NCBI GenBank assembly: GCA_040006935.1
Contig: JBDTVZ010000001.1
Span: forward strand, 359,772-423,771
Origin: Candidatus Dojkabacteria bacterium
Lineage (GTDB): Bacteria; Patescibacteriota; Dojkabacteria; J137
DNA length: 64,000 nt
Reading direction: 5' to 3'
Each line of letters starts with the position of its first letter. Position 1 is the stretch's first letter. This document shows positions 30,115-39,765 of the stretch, piece by piece. The notes beneath the pieces are model-generated. The model made no database searches and was not told where the DNA came from. It worked only from the letters and a program-made list of their open reading frames with translations. Position numbers and translations under genes: made by a program.

Positions 30115-30138
30115 GTAGGGTCCAGCCATGGCTGGACC
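30115..30138 (+). repeat. GTAG-REP palindrome
   Basis: GTAG-GGTCCAGCCATGGCTGGACC. Confidence 0.85.
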
Positions 30139-30146
30139 TGAGATTT

Positions 30147-30220
30147 GTAGGGGATGCCACGATCAAAGAGTAATCCAACTCATGCAGTATTAAACTGCCA
30201 AGAGAGTAGATGCGGTGGTA
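30147..30220 (+). repeat. Composite element, copy 4 (REP hairpin deleted)
   Basis: GTAGGGGA joined directly to TGCCACGATCAAAGAGTAATCC..GGTGGTA. Confidence 0.85.
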
Positions 30221-30281
30221 ATGTTTAAATAATTCATGGTTCGATAAACTCACCATGGCATAAAGTGTCCTCGCATTGTCA

Positions 30282-31466
30282 TTAATTCTCCAACCTCTTA
30301 ACCGCATCCACATAGAAAGTGAATTTTGCTAATCTTCCATCTTCTAACTCAGCCCTACCAGTTAGAATGTATATTGGATAAACAAAACCTGTCCAAGTTT
30401 CTGGCTCATAGAAACCTAATTCTGTTTTCCTTGCATCAACAATAAAACGATTAACTTTAAGTTTAACATAAGGTTCGAAGTAATCAGTGCCTTCTGCACT
30501 TAAAGCGACTAAGGATCCTTGTCCTTTTTGAATTCGAGAGAATGCTTCTTCAGGAGTTACAATAAAATAACTTCCTTTAGAGCCATATTCAAAATTTACG
30601 AAATCCATTTGAAACATATCTCTGCTTAAGTTAGAAGCGTCATTCGAAACAATAGAACTGAATTCTCCCGTCCTTGGATCTGTTTTATACACAACACCAA
30701 CAGTTGCTTGTGGTTTTATTTCTCCAGTCAAAAGTTTCGGTTGATCTGCAGATGGTTTTAAATCAGATTGTGCAATTTTTCTAAAAACATTCAATTCGAC
30801 ATAATTTGCTTGTTTATAATCTTGAGTTTCTGTAATGTCTCCTTGACCACTTCTTACTAAATATCTCGCATCAATTTTTGGACTTTGGAATCCTACTGCA
30901 GTAGAGAATAATAAAGAATTGAGAACACTTGGAACTCTTCCGATGTATCCATTAATATCTTGTAACATAGACTTTTGTTTTTTTGCATTTGTGTTATTTT
31001 CATAAACTGTATCAAGTGACCACACCTGATTTACTTTATTAAATTCTACATTTCTTGTTAAATCTGTAGTAGACCAAATAAAATCATTATTCCCTTGATC
31101 CTTAAATCCTTGGGCTGAGAATCCAAGTGCAGTTGCTGTTTTTGTAGCATTTTCGAAAGTGTTTAGTTTTTCTCGAGGCTGTTCTATCTTATAAACATAA
31201 GATACATCTGGGAATTTAGGATGAACGCTTTCTTGCACAATTGGTACATTTGTATTATCTAATTGTATTCCAGTTATTTTAGGAGCTTCTATTGTTCCCA
31301 AGGCTCTATCAGGATCTACATAGAAACGTCTATCCGTAGTTGTTTGCTGTCTAACTGCATCTGATACTCTTAAAATAGTATCACCTAAGAGGATAATAAC
31401 TATGACAGCTATTATTACTACAACTACTTTCCTAGCATTATTTGATGTTACGTAAAGACTGGCCAT
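30282..31466 (-). CDS. Hypothetical membrane-anchored extracytoplasmic protein
   Basis: N-terminal TM helix; C-terminal YPIYILTG..FYVDAV beta-rich segment. Confidence 0.75.
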   Translation of the reverse strand: MASLYVTSNNARKVVVVIIAVIVIILLGDTILRVSDAVRQQTTTDRRFYVDPDRALGTIEAPKITGIQLDNTNVPIVQESVHPKFPDVSYVYKIEQPREKLNTFENATKTATALGFSAQGFKDQGNNDFIWSTTDLTRNVEFNKVNQVWSLDTVYENNTNAKKQKSMLQDINGYIGRVPSVLNSLLFSTAVGFQSPKIDARYLVRSGQGDITETQDYKQANYVELNVFRKIAQSDLKPSADQPKLLTGEIKPQATVGVVYKTDPRTGEFSSIVSNDASNLSRDMFQMDFVNFEYGSKGSYFIVTPEEAFSRIQKGQGSLVALSAEGTDYFEPYVKLKVNRFIVDARKTELGFYEPETWTGFVYPIYILTGRAELEDGRLAKFTFYVDAVKRLEN

Positions 31467-31629
31467 GTTAGTTTTTAGTTTTTAGTGTGAATGAACTTTA
31501 AATATAATATCAGCAAGGGAGTTCAAAAACAATTTTTGAAAAGAATCTCACTTAAAAAATTTTACTAATGCATGAAATAATCTATAATAGAACTAATAAC
31601 TAAAAACTCATAACTAGGAACTAGATTTT

Positions 31630-33099
31630 ATGCCCGACTATTACGAACAGCCCGCTTATTTAAAAGAAATAGAGACTACTACAACCACAGAAACACCCGA
31701 GGCTTATGTTCCACCTGTTGTAGAGGAGACAACGACTACAACTAGTAGGAGAAGAATTCCTATTTATCTATTAATAGGAGTAGGGATAATTCTATTTTTA
31801 GTTTTAATCTATTTACTTTTCGGGAATGCGCTAAAGGGAACTCCTAACAATAATACTAATAATACAAGCCAAAAAATTACATTACAGTGGTGGGGAGTAT
31901 TTATGGATCCATCTGTAGTAAAACCCTTGATTGATGAATATCAAACTCAGAATCCAAATGTGACAATTCAATATGCGAATCGATGGCCGGAGGGTAAATA
32001 CGATACCGCTGCTGGTATTTACAAAAACGAATTAAATAGAGTGTTAAAACAAAATGATGCTGTGGATATTCCAGATATCTTTATGGCGGAAAATACGTGG
32101 GCAGGAGATTACGAACAGTATGTAAAATCTAGCACTTCTTATGACTTTGATAGCTTTAAAAGTATTTTTTACCCTGCCGTTGTAACTGATTTTGCGAGTG
32201 AATCTTCCAAATCTGTTTATGGTGTTCCAATATGGATAGACGATTTAGCAATTATTTATAATAAGGACATGCTTAAAGAGGTGGCCGTATCAACTCCTCC
32301 AACTGACTGGATTCAATTTGAATCTTTAGCTAAGAATTTAACTAAAAGACAGGGTGGAACTATAGTACAGGCTGGGTTTGCTGGGGGTGCTGGTAGTAAT
32401 GTATCTTATGCTCCTGAAATTTTAAACTTACTTATGGCACAAAATGGTGTGGATCTTGTTAATCCACAAGGACAGCCTATTTTTGGAAGTGACACAGATT
32501 CTGTTACAGCTTTACAAAGCTATAAAGATTTTACAAATACTACAAGTGGAACGTGGAGTTCAGATTTGAAGGTTGATGCCGCTTCCTTCTTAGAAAGAAA
32601 AGTAGCAATGATGGCAACCACTAGTTATAAATATAGAGATATAAAAAAATATAATGAAACTTATCAGTTAGGAATTGATATCGGGATTTCTCAATTTCCA
32701 CAATTACAAGGACAGTCTCAGCCTGTTTTGGACTGGGCAAATTACTGGGGAGCTATGGTATCATCAGCTAGACCTAATTCACAGGCATCCTGGACTTTTT
32801 TAAAATGGCTTACACAACCAGATCAATTAAGAAAATTAAATAAAAATGAATCTGATTTTAATAAACAATTTGGATTTCTTTATCCTAGAACAGATATGGC
32901 TCAGGATTTACAGAATGATGCAAATTTAGGAATATTTAACGCAGCACTCCCATTTGCCCTTTCCTGGAAGATGGTAAAAGGATATGATGTAAAGAAGGAA
33001 TTTGTTAAGTTAATAGATCAGTCGGGAGTATCTCAAAGTAGCATTGTGTCTACTCAAACAGCTATTCAATCATTAATTAATAATAAAGGCAAACTATGA
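31630..33099 (+). CDS. Extracellular solute-binding protein (sugar-type) with TM anchor
   Basis: TLQWWG, PDIF, YGVP, IIYNKDML, SWTFLKWL; Thr/Tyr-rich N-tail. Confidence 0.88.
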   Translation: MPDYYEQPAYLKEIETTTTTETPEAYVPPVVEETTTTTSRRRIPIYLLIGVGIILFLVLIYLLFGNALKGTPNNNTNNTSQKITLQWWGVFMDPSVVKPLIDEYQTQNPNVTIQYANRWPEGKYDTAAGIYKNELNRVLKQNDAVDIPDIFMAENTWAGDYEQYVKSSTSYDFDSFKSIFYPAVVTDFASESSKSVYGVPIWIDDLAIIYNKDMLKEVAVSTPPTDWIQFESLAKNLTKRQGGTIVQAGFAGGAGSNVSYAPEILNLLMAQNGVDLVNPQGQPIFGSDTDSVTALQSYKDFTNTTSGTWSSDLKVDAASFLERKVAMMATTSYKYRDIKKYNETYQLGIDIGISQFPQLQGQSQPVLDWANYWGAMVSSARPNSQASWTFLKWLTQPDQLRKLNKNESDFNKQFGFLYPRTDMAQDLQNDANLGIFNAALPFALSWKMVKGYDVKKEFVKLIDQSGVSQSSIVSTQTAIQSLINNKGKL

Positions 33100-35048
33100 A
33101 AAAGTTTCTCATAATTTTAATAACAGTAATTTTATCTATTCCTTTACTTTCGTTAAGTTTGAAGGCAGAGGTTTTAGGAGATCCAAATGATATTTTGACT
33201 GTTGTTACTCCATCTGCTAACCAAAGAGTTAGTGGTTCAGTAAATATTACTTGGTACATGTTTGATAATAATCAAAATGTTATTCCTTATAAAATTAATC
33301 TTTTTGATTCTTCAACTTGCCGAACAACGGATTTTGGTCAGATTAATTCTACTAATACTGGAATTTCCAGTACAACTCAATTGAATTCATATTCTTGGAA
33401 TACAAGATCAACATTATCAACAGCTAACTTAGCAGACGGAAACTACTGTCTGAAAATTTGCTTAGCAATGAAGAATGGTTCTGGGGATTATGCTGCCTGT
33501 AATGCTAGATACGTAAGAATTATAAATAATAATAGAGCACCTACAATTACATCTCTACCCACAAATTTAATAATTAGAGAGAGTGATTCTTGGACTTATC
33601 AAATCCAAGCAACAGATCCGGATAATGATCCCATAACTTATAGAATTGTTTTAGGTGTTCCGTTCTTAACTATAAATCCACAAACTGGATTAGTTTCAAC
33701 AAATTCTGTTAGTAAAGCATTACCTGCAGGAGTAAATAGAGCAGATTATAATATTATTGTTGCGGCCGATGATAATTTTGCTGGTGCAGTTACTCAACAA
33801 TTTGTTTTAACGATTATAAAAGATTCTACTGTAGGAGTTCCAAGCCCTACGCCAGTTTCCTCTCCTAATGGAACTGTTACAAATCAACCTTCAGTTATAA
33901 ATATTTTAAATCCAAAAGAAGGAGAGATATTTTCAGGTGAGACTAATAAAGTTGCTTGGCAGGCCAGTGATATAGATGGAATTCAAAGTTTAGTAATTAA
34001 CTTTGGGCAGGATAATATAACTTGGACTCAAGTAACCAAATTTGAAGGTGATGCAATTCCTTCTGAATACAACTGGGATGTTAGTAAAATTAAAGATGGT
34101 AACTACTATTTACAAATTGTTGTTAAGGATAATTTAGGTAACGAAGTAATTAGATCTTCTAAATTATTTCAAATAAATAATGGTGCAAATGGACCGGGTC
34201 AAGAAAATAACCCTTTGATTATAAATTTAAAACCGCAAGATAATTCTGAAGTTTCAGATAGACGAACAGAAATTGCGGGTGATTTTATTCCAGCAGATGG
34301 AGCAGAAATTGATGCATCTTCATTTACTATAAAATTAAACGGACAAGAAAGTGTTCTTGATTGCCAACATGATGATCAGAAGTTTAGCTGTATCCCAATC
34401 CATGATTTGAACGATGGACTAAATAAAGTAGTTGCTTCTATTAAAGACAAATTAGGCAGAGAAACTAGTGTAGAGTGGTCGTTTACTGTGACTACAAGTG
34501 CACCCGTAAGTTCTCCAGCTGAAAGCGGGAACCCTGATGTAGTTATTATATTAGGAAGAGAAATCCCTAGAAATATTTTCAATATTTTATTAATCATTTG
34601 CTGTATTGCAAGTTTATTAATTTTAATACCTTGGATATTATATTTACTTTGGGCAGGAAGAAGCAAAGGCGAAGAGGAGGAAACGACAGAAACTACTACT
34701 ACTTTTGATTACACACCACCGGTAGACACGACCACAACATCCTCTGTTTCTTTAACACCACAATCCACAGATTATTACACGCCAGAGAATTATTCTTATT
34801 CAAACACAACTACTACAGAACCTGTAAAAACCACAACGGAAACTACAGAGACAAAAGTTGAGGATACAACTCCAATAGTTACAAACAACACAACAGTAGA
34901 TGATTATTACAGTTATGTAAATCCAACTGGAACAGTAGCTCCAGTAACTGAGAATATTACCACTGAGAAGAAGACTGATACTGTTGAAGATCAATCGGCA
35001 GCGACTACAACTACTGATACTTATATAGAACCAACGGAAACAAGTTAA
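33096..35048 (+). CDS. Surface protein with Ig/cadherin-like domains, TM helix and Thr-rich tail
   Basis: Signal peptide, NRAPTITS..ATDPDND, DGNYYLQI, TM helix, acidic Thr-rich C-terminus. Confidence 0.8.
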   Translation: MKKFLIILITVILSIPLLSLSLKAEVLGDPNDILTVVTPSANQRVSGSVNITWYMFDNNQNVIPYKINLFDSSTCRTTDFGQINSTNTGISSTTQLNSYSWNTRSTLSTANLADGNYCLKICLAMKNGSGDYAACNARYVRIINNNRAPTITSLPTNLIIRESDSWTYQIQATDPDNDPITYRIVLGVPFLTINPQTGLVSTNSVSKALPAGVNRADYNIIVAADDNFAGAVTQQFVLTIIKDSTVGVPSPTPVSSPNGTVTNQPSVINILNPKEGEIFSGETNKVAWQASDIDGIQSLVINFGQDNITWTQVTKFEGDAIPSEYNWDVSKIKDGNYYLQIVVKDNLGNEVIRSSKLFQINNGANGPGQENNPLIINLKPQDNSEVSDRRTEIAGDFIPADGAEIDASSFTIKLNGQESVLDCQHDDQKFSCIPIHDLNDGLNKVVASIKDKLGRETSVEWSFTVTTSAPVSSPAESGNPDVVIILGREIPRNIFNILLIICCIASLLILIPWILYLLWAGRSKGEEEETTETTTTFDYTPPVDTTTTSSVSLTPQSTDYYTPENYSYSNTTTTEPVKTTTETTETKVEDTTPIVTNNTTVDDYYSYVNPTGTVAPVTENITTEKKTDTVEDQSAATTTTDTYIEPTETS

Positions 35049-35533
35049 TTTGAAGAATTTTTTAAAGCTTGTCCACTTTGCTGAACTATTTGATCAACAC
35101 AAGTATTACCTAATCTTTGGCATAAGTCAGATACATTAACTCCAGTGCTATCTTGCAGTTTATTCATTCCAATTACTACAAAGAATACAATTACAATTGT
35201 AGCTACTATCACACCAACAACAGGCCAAAATAAAGGATTCCCTACGACTAATGCAACCTTTTTCCCAATATCTACAGCTTTTTTGACATTTTTTGCAGTG
35301 TTCCCAAGCTTGCCCACCATACCTTGAGCTTTTGGGTCCTTTGACTGCGCTGCTGCATCTGCAAGTAATTTTGCCTGTGCAAGTTGTGCAGCCTGCGCTT
35401 GAGCAGTGGCTTGAGCCTCCTCAGCAGCTTGAGCTTCTATGCCTGCATAAGCATCGTCAGTAGAATTGCTTACTGATTGTCGACGTGATTGAGGCCGTGA
35501 GTTGTTTATATTTCCTAATGCAATATCTGCCAT
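35045..35533 (-). CDS. Hypothetical membrane protein
   Basis: Ala/Gln-rich helix, one TM helix, C-terminal Cys pair. Confidence 0.7.
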   Translation of the reverse strand: MADIALGNINNSRPQSRRQSVSNSTDDAYAGIEAQAAEEAQATAQAQAAQLAQAKLLADAAAQSKDPKAQGMVGKLGNTAKNVKKAVDIGKKVALVVGNPLFWPVVGVIVATIVIVFFVVIGMNKLQDSTGVNVSDLCQRLGNTCVDQIVQQSGQALKNSSN

Positions 35534-35611
35534 ATTTAAGAATTTCCAATTAATTAATTATTTGAAAATTTGTTTATTGTTCTTCTTCATTCTATAGCTT
35601 TATAACAATAA

Positions 35612-35640
35612 TTGACAAATTAAATTAGAAAAAATATAAT
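35612..35640 (+). promoter_or_regulatory. Consensus sigma70 promoter for the T-box leader
   Basis: TTGACA 35612-35617, 17-bp spacer, TATAAT 35635-35640. Confidence 0.9.
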
Positions 35641-35650
35641 ACAATCAATA

Positions 35651-35885
35651 AAAGCAATGATTGGGAAGAAAGATAAAGGTTTGCGAAGAGAGGTGATGGT
35701 TGGTGCAAATCACTCAAATTATTATCCCTGCAGCCCATGAGCTGACTACGAAGAGTAGATCCGGAAGCGAAACCGTAAAACACAAAAAGAGAAGTAATTA
35801 AGGTGGTACCACGGTTCGACAAGCTCACCGCAAGCTAAGAAGATCGTCCTTTACACAATAGTATGTGTAGTGGACGATTTTTTTT
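35651..35885 (+). ncRNA. T-box riboswitch, Ala-specific (specifier GCA)
   Basis: Stem I with GA motif, AGAGAG and GGTGCAA loops, specifier GCA 35730-35732, AATTAAGGTGGTACCACG T-box, CGTCCTT antiterminator partner, terminator ATCGTCC..GGACGAT-T8; alaS downstream. Confidence 0.92.
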
Positions 35886-35978
35886 ATTCCCTTTCCTTTT
35901 AAGGAGAGGGTTAGGGTGAGGTCATACCGCCGCGAAACCAAGTTAAAGTTAGGCAGTTCTATTTATTAAACTAAATTT

Positions 35979-36578
35979 ATGACTGAATATCATGTTCTTG
36001 TAGAAGGATATGCCCATGAAGGAGAAAATGGAAATTTTCTTGCAAGCCCAACGAGTGTGCTCTTACTTTCCAATGGGAAGAAAATTTTAATGGATCCCGG
36101 GGCGGATAGACAGAAACTTTTAGAATCATTAAATAAATTAAACTTGAAAACAGAAGATATTGATTTAATATTTTTAACTCATTATCATCCAGATCACTTT
36201 TTAAATATTCGATTATTTCCAAATATAGAAATTGTTGATGCAGAGACTATTTGGAGAGATAACGCAGAAGAAATTGCTTCGAATTGCAAAATAGAAGGTA
36301 CAAATATTGAAGTAATTAAAACTCCTGGGCATTCTCCTGAACATTCATCATTAATTATTAATGCCAACGAAGGGAAATTATGTTTTTCCCAAGATGTATT
36401 TTGGTGGCAAGATGGAGAACAGAAAACTGATGACTACGAAGCAATGGTAAATTATGCTGATCCATTTGCATCAGATATGAATGCTTTGAAAGAATCTAGA
36501 AAGAAACTCTTGGAAATAGCCGATTGGATTATTCCAGGCCACGGTAAAAAATTTAAAAATAATTTTAAAAATTCTTAA
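35979..36578 (+). CDS. MBL-fold metallo-hydrolase
   Basis: THYHPDH, TPGHS, IIPGHG. Confidence 0.9.
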   Translation: MTEYHVLVEGYAHEGENGNFLASPTSVLLLSNGKKILMDPGADRQKLLESLNKLNLKTEDIDLIFLTHYHPDHFLNIRLFPNIEIVDAETIWRDNAEEIASNCKIEGTNIEVIKTPGHSPEHSSLIINANEGKLCFSQDVFWWQDGEQKTDDYEAMVNYADPFASDMNALKESRKKLLEIADWIIPGHGKKFKNNFKNS

Positions 36579-36580
36579 CT

Positions 36581-37066
36581 ATGAATACTCGAAAAGCTGG
36601 AGAAAAAGATCTCTTTAAATTAGCTGAGTTCTTAAGAGGACTAGATGAATATAATTATAAGGTTCTTGGCCTAAGTTTAATGTTTAGTATGTACAAATTG
36701 GATTTTAATGATAAACAATCATACGAATCTATAATGGGAAACTATATGAAGGATGAAGATAATCTATTTTATCTTATTGAAAATGAAGGAAACCCTATTG
36801 GTTTTGCTATAGTGATTATGGAGCCTAATAAATTTGGAAATAATAAACTCTATGCAACATTGGATACTATATTTATAGATGAAGATTTTAGAAGAAGAGG
36901 TGCGGGGAAAATGATCCTGGATTTTATTATTACAGAGTTAAAAAATATGAACGCCGTTGGGCTAACAAGTTATATAGCTACAAATAATGCCATTTCTGTA
37001 GGATTCCATGAAAAAAATGGTTTTAAAGAAGTAACGCAATGGAGAGAATTATATAAAGATTTATAA
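36581..37066 (+). CDS. GNAT family N-acetyltransferase
   Basis: IDEDFRRRGAG motif A, N..S..FHEKNGF. Confidence 0.9.
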   Translation: MNTRKAGEKDLFKLAEFLRGLDEYNYKVLGLSLMFSMYKLDFNDKQSYESIMGNYMKDEDNLFYLIENEGNPIGFAIVIMEPNKFGNNKLYATLDTIFIDEDFRRRGAGKMILDFIITELKNMNAVGLTSYIATNNAISVGFHEKNGFKEVTQWRELYKDL

Positions 37067-37082
37067 ATATTAGAAATTTATT

Positions 37083-39038
37083 ATGAAATCATCAGAAGAA
37101 ATCCGACAATCCTATTTAGACTTTTGGAGCGAAAGCCCAAGAAATTCTAAAGTTATTCCTAATTCCTCACTTGTTCCTTCAAATGTACAAGGTGGAAATA
37201 CATTATTATTTGTAAATTCAGGAATGTTCCCAATAATTCCTTATTTAACAGGACAGCCTCACCCTTTAGGTACACGTGTTCACAATGTTCAAAGGTGTAT
37301 TCGAACTAAAGATATTGAAGATGTAGGAGATAACAGGCATTTAGTTCTATTTGAAATGATAGGTAATTGGTCCTTTGGAGATTTTACTAAAGAGCAACAG
37401 ATCGAATGGTGCTTAGAATTGTACGTAAAAAGATTTGGACTTGATCCTAAAAGATTATATATAACTGTATGGGCAGGAGATGAAGTAGTTCCAAGAGATG
37501 ATGAGGCTATTAGATTATGGCAGAGAGAATTTAAGAAATACGGAATTAATGCAGAATTTAGTGAAGATATTGGAAACATACCAAGTAATCTTAAAGAAGG
37601 AGAAGAATGGAAATATAGAATATTCCCTTATGGCCGAGAAGCAAATTGGTGGGAAGTATCACATAGTGCAGGAGAACCAGGTGGACCAAGTTCCGAAATA
37701 TTTTACGACCTTGGGGTAAAAGAAAGGGAACAAGATCAATATCATATAAATGACGACTCCGGAAGATTTATAGAAGTTGGGAATAATGTATTCATGGAAT
37801 ATAAACTTGATGAGAACTTAAAGTATCAACCACTAGAAAAAAAGAATATAGATTTTGGAGGAGGGTTCGACAGAATTATGTTTGCTGTACAAAACCAAGT
37901 TGATGTTTTTGCTACAGATTTATTTCAGCCTATGATTGAGAAAATCGAGAATTTGTCTAATAAACAATATAAAGGCGGTGTTGAGTTAAACGAAGACACA
38001 AAAGCATTTAGAATCGTTGCAGAACATATTAGATCTTCAGTATTTATTCTTGGTGACGGAGTTATACCTTCAGGAAAAGATCAAGGATATATTTTGAGAA
38101 GATTAATTAGAAGAATGGTTAGATATGCAAAAAAACTAGGTATTGAGAATAACTTTTCAAAAGACATTGCACTGATTGTAATAAATAAGATGCAAGAAGC
38201 TTACCCACACTTAGCAGAGAATAAAGATCTAATACTTTCAGAAATAGAGAAGGAAGAGAAAACGTTTAGAATTACTCTAGATAGAGGGCTACGTATTCTA
38301 AAGACGCATAATTATGCGTCTCAAGATGCGTCTCAAAATGAATCTCAAGAAACAAAAATCAATGGAGCAGAAGCTTTCAATTTATACGAAACCTACGGGT
38401 TTCCATTAGAATTAACCCTTGATGAATTAAAAATTGACGAAAAAACTGCAGAAAAAATTACAGAAGAATTTAAATCTGAAGAGAAAAAACATAGAGAAAG
38501 TTCTAGAGCTGGGGCTGAGCAAAAATTCAAAGGTGGATTAGCAGATCAATCTATAGAGACTACAAAACTACACACTGCCCATCATTTACTTCTTGCTGCC
38601 TTACAGAGAATTGTTGATCCTAAAATAAGACAAAAAGGTAGTAACATTACAGCCGAAAGATTAAGAATAGATTTTAATTTAGATAGAAAATTAACAGAAG
38701 ATGAAATTAAACAAGCAGAAGATTTAGTAAACGAACAAATTACAAAAGAATTAGAAGTGAGAAGAGTAGAAATGCCAAAAACTCAAGCAGAACAAATAGG
38801 AGCTCAAATGGAATTTGGTCAAAATTATCCAGATACTGTTTCTGTATATTTTATGGCACCTAAAAGCGTGATCGAAGGGGAAGAATGGCAATCTCCAGAA
38901 ATATTTTCTAAAGAATTTTGTGGAGGACCACACGTTTCAAATACAAAAGAACTAGGAGAAAATGGAAAGAAATTTAAAATTCTAAAAGAAGAAAGTAGTG
39001 GTTCAGGAGTTAGAAGAATAAAAGCTGCGTTAATTTAA
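37083..39038 (+). CDS. alaS: Alanyl-tRNA synthetase, short form (no C-Ala domain)
   Basis: LLFVNSGM, QRCIR, FEMIGNWSFGD, IDFGGGFDR, editing HTAHH and EFCGGPH; ends at GVRRIKA. Confidence 0.95.
   Translation: MKSSEEIRQSYLDFWSESPRNSKVIPNSSLVPSNVQGGNTLLFVNSGMFPIIPYLTGQPHPLGTRVHNVQRCIRTKDIEDVGDNRHLVLFEMIGNWSFGDFTKEQQIEWCLELYVKRFGLDPKRLYITVWAGDEVVPRDDEAIRLWQREFKKYGINAEFSEDIGNIPSNLKEGEEWKYRIFPYGREANWWEVSHSAGEPGGPSSEIFYDLGVKEREQDQYHINDDSGRFIEVGNNVFMEYKLDENLKYQPLEKKNIDFGGGFDRIMFAVQNQVDVFATDLFQPMIEKIENLSNKQYKGGVELNEDTKAFRIVAEHIRSSVFILGDGVIPSGKDQGYILRRLIRRMVRYAKKLGIENNFSKDIALIVINKMQEAYPHLAENKDLILSEIEKEEKTFRITLDRGLRILKTHNYASQDASQNESQETKINGAEAFNLYETYGFPLELTLDELKIDEKTAEKITEEFKSEEKKHRESSRAGAEQKFKGGLADQSIETTKLHTAHHLLLAALQRIVDPKIRQKGSNITAERLRIDFNLDRKLTEDEIKQAEDLVNEQITKELEVRRVEMPKTQAEQIGAQMEFGQNYPDTVSVYFMAPKSVIEGEEWQSPEIFSKEFCGGPHVSNTKELGENGKKFKILKEESSGSGVRRIKAALI
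38302..38321. repeat. REP palindrome inserted in frame in alaS
   Basis: AGACGCATAATTATGCGTCT, related to the intergenic GGGACGCATTTATGCGTCCC. Confidence 0.8.
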
Positions 39039-39043
39039 ATTAT

Positions 39044-39067
39044 GTAGGGTCCGCCCATGGGCGGACC
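39044..39067 (+). repeat. GTAG-REP palindrome
   Basis: GTAG-GGTCCGCCCATGGGCGGACC. Confidence 0.85.
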
Positions 39068-39076
39068 TCTTAAATT

Positions 39077-39370
39077 ATGGAAATTAAAATTCTCTCAGCA
39101 ATTTACGGATTCATGATTGGTTCAATTCTTGGAAGTTTTTTTGGTGTAATAACAGACCGACTTCCAAGAGGAGAATCTATAATCTCTCCACCTTCACATT
39201 GTGACAATTGTAAAACACCTTTGAAGCTGTATGACAATATTCCAATCTTTGGATATTTAAATCTAAAAGGAAAATGTAGAAATTGTGGAAATAAAATTCC
39301 TTTAAGATTTTTTCTACTCGAGTTAACATTAGGAATAGTTTTTGCTGTAATGGCTTTTATTATTTTTTAA
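39077..39370 (+). CDS. Stand-alone prepilin peptidase A24 N-terminal (tetra-Cys) domain
   Basis: GSFFGVITDRLP, SHCDNC, IPIFGYLNLKGKCRNC; stops before the aspartic peptidase domain. Confidence 0.85.
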   Translation: MEIKILSAIYGFMIGSILGSFFGVITDRLPRGESIISPPSHCDNCKTPLKLYDNIPIFGYLNLKGKCRNCGNKIPLRFFLLELTLGIVFAVMAFIIF

Positions 39371-39607
39371 AAGAAGTTGGTATTCAAAAGAGACAAATGG
39401 ATTCACTGAGAAAATGATTGAGTCTGGAAAAGTGAATGAAGAATTCAGTAACATGTGATTGAATTGTGTCATTTCGACTGAGGAGTTCCGAGAATCGGAA
39501 TGACGAATGGAGAAATCTGTAACCACCTATTTATATGATCAGATGGAAGTTAAAGATTTCTCGACTCACTACGTTCGCTCGAAATGACATAAATATGGAT
39601 CATCTTG

Positions 39608-39672
39608 TGCCAAGTATAAATAAGGTCCAACCCCACTTAATTTAAACTGCCAGAACACAGTATGAGGTGGTA
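39608..39672 (+). repeat. Composite element, degenerate copy 5
   Basis: TGCCA..TCCAAC..TTAAACTGCCAG..ATGAGGTGGTA. Confidence 0.65.
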
Positions 39673-39765
39673 AGGTCAATGAAAATGTAAAGACCTTAAC
39701 TTACTAAGATTTATAGCTGTAAAGTCAAGGGTTAATTCTTGCTATTCTCTATTAATTTATAATTC

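Noticed and set aside
30047-30313. 88-aa ORF with YHRIYS resembling an IS200 TnpA start
   Set aside because: It is the reverse translation of the composite repeat; no HUH or catalytic Tyr
35625-35828. 67-aa minus-strand ORF
   Set aside because: Antisense to the T-box leader
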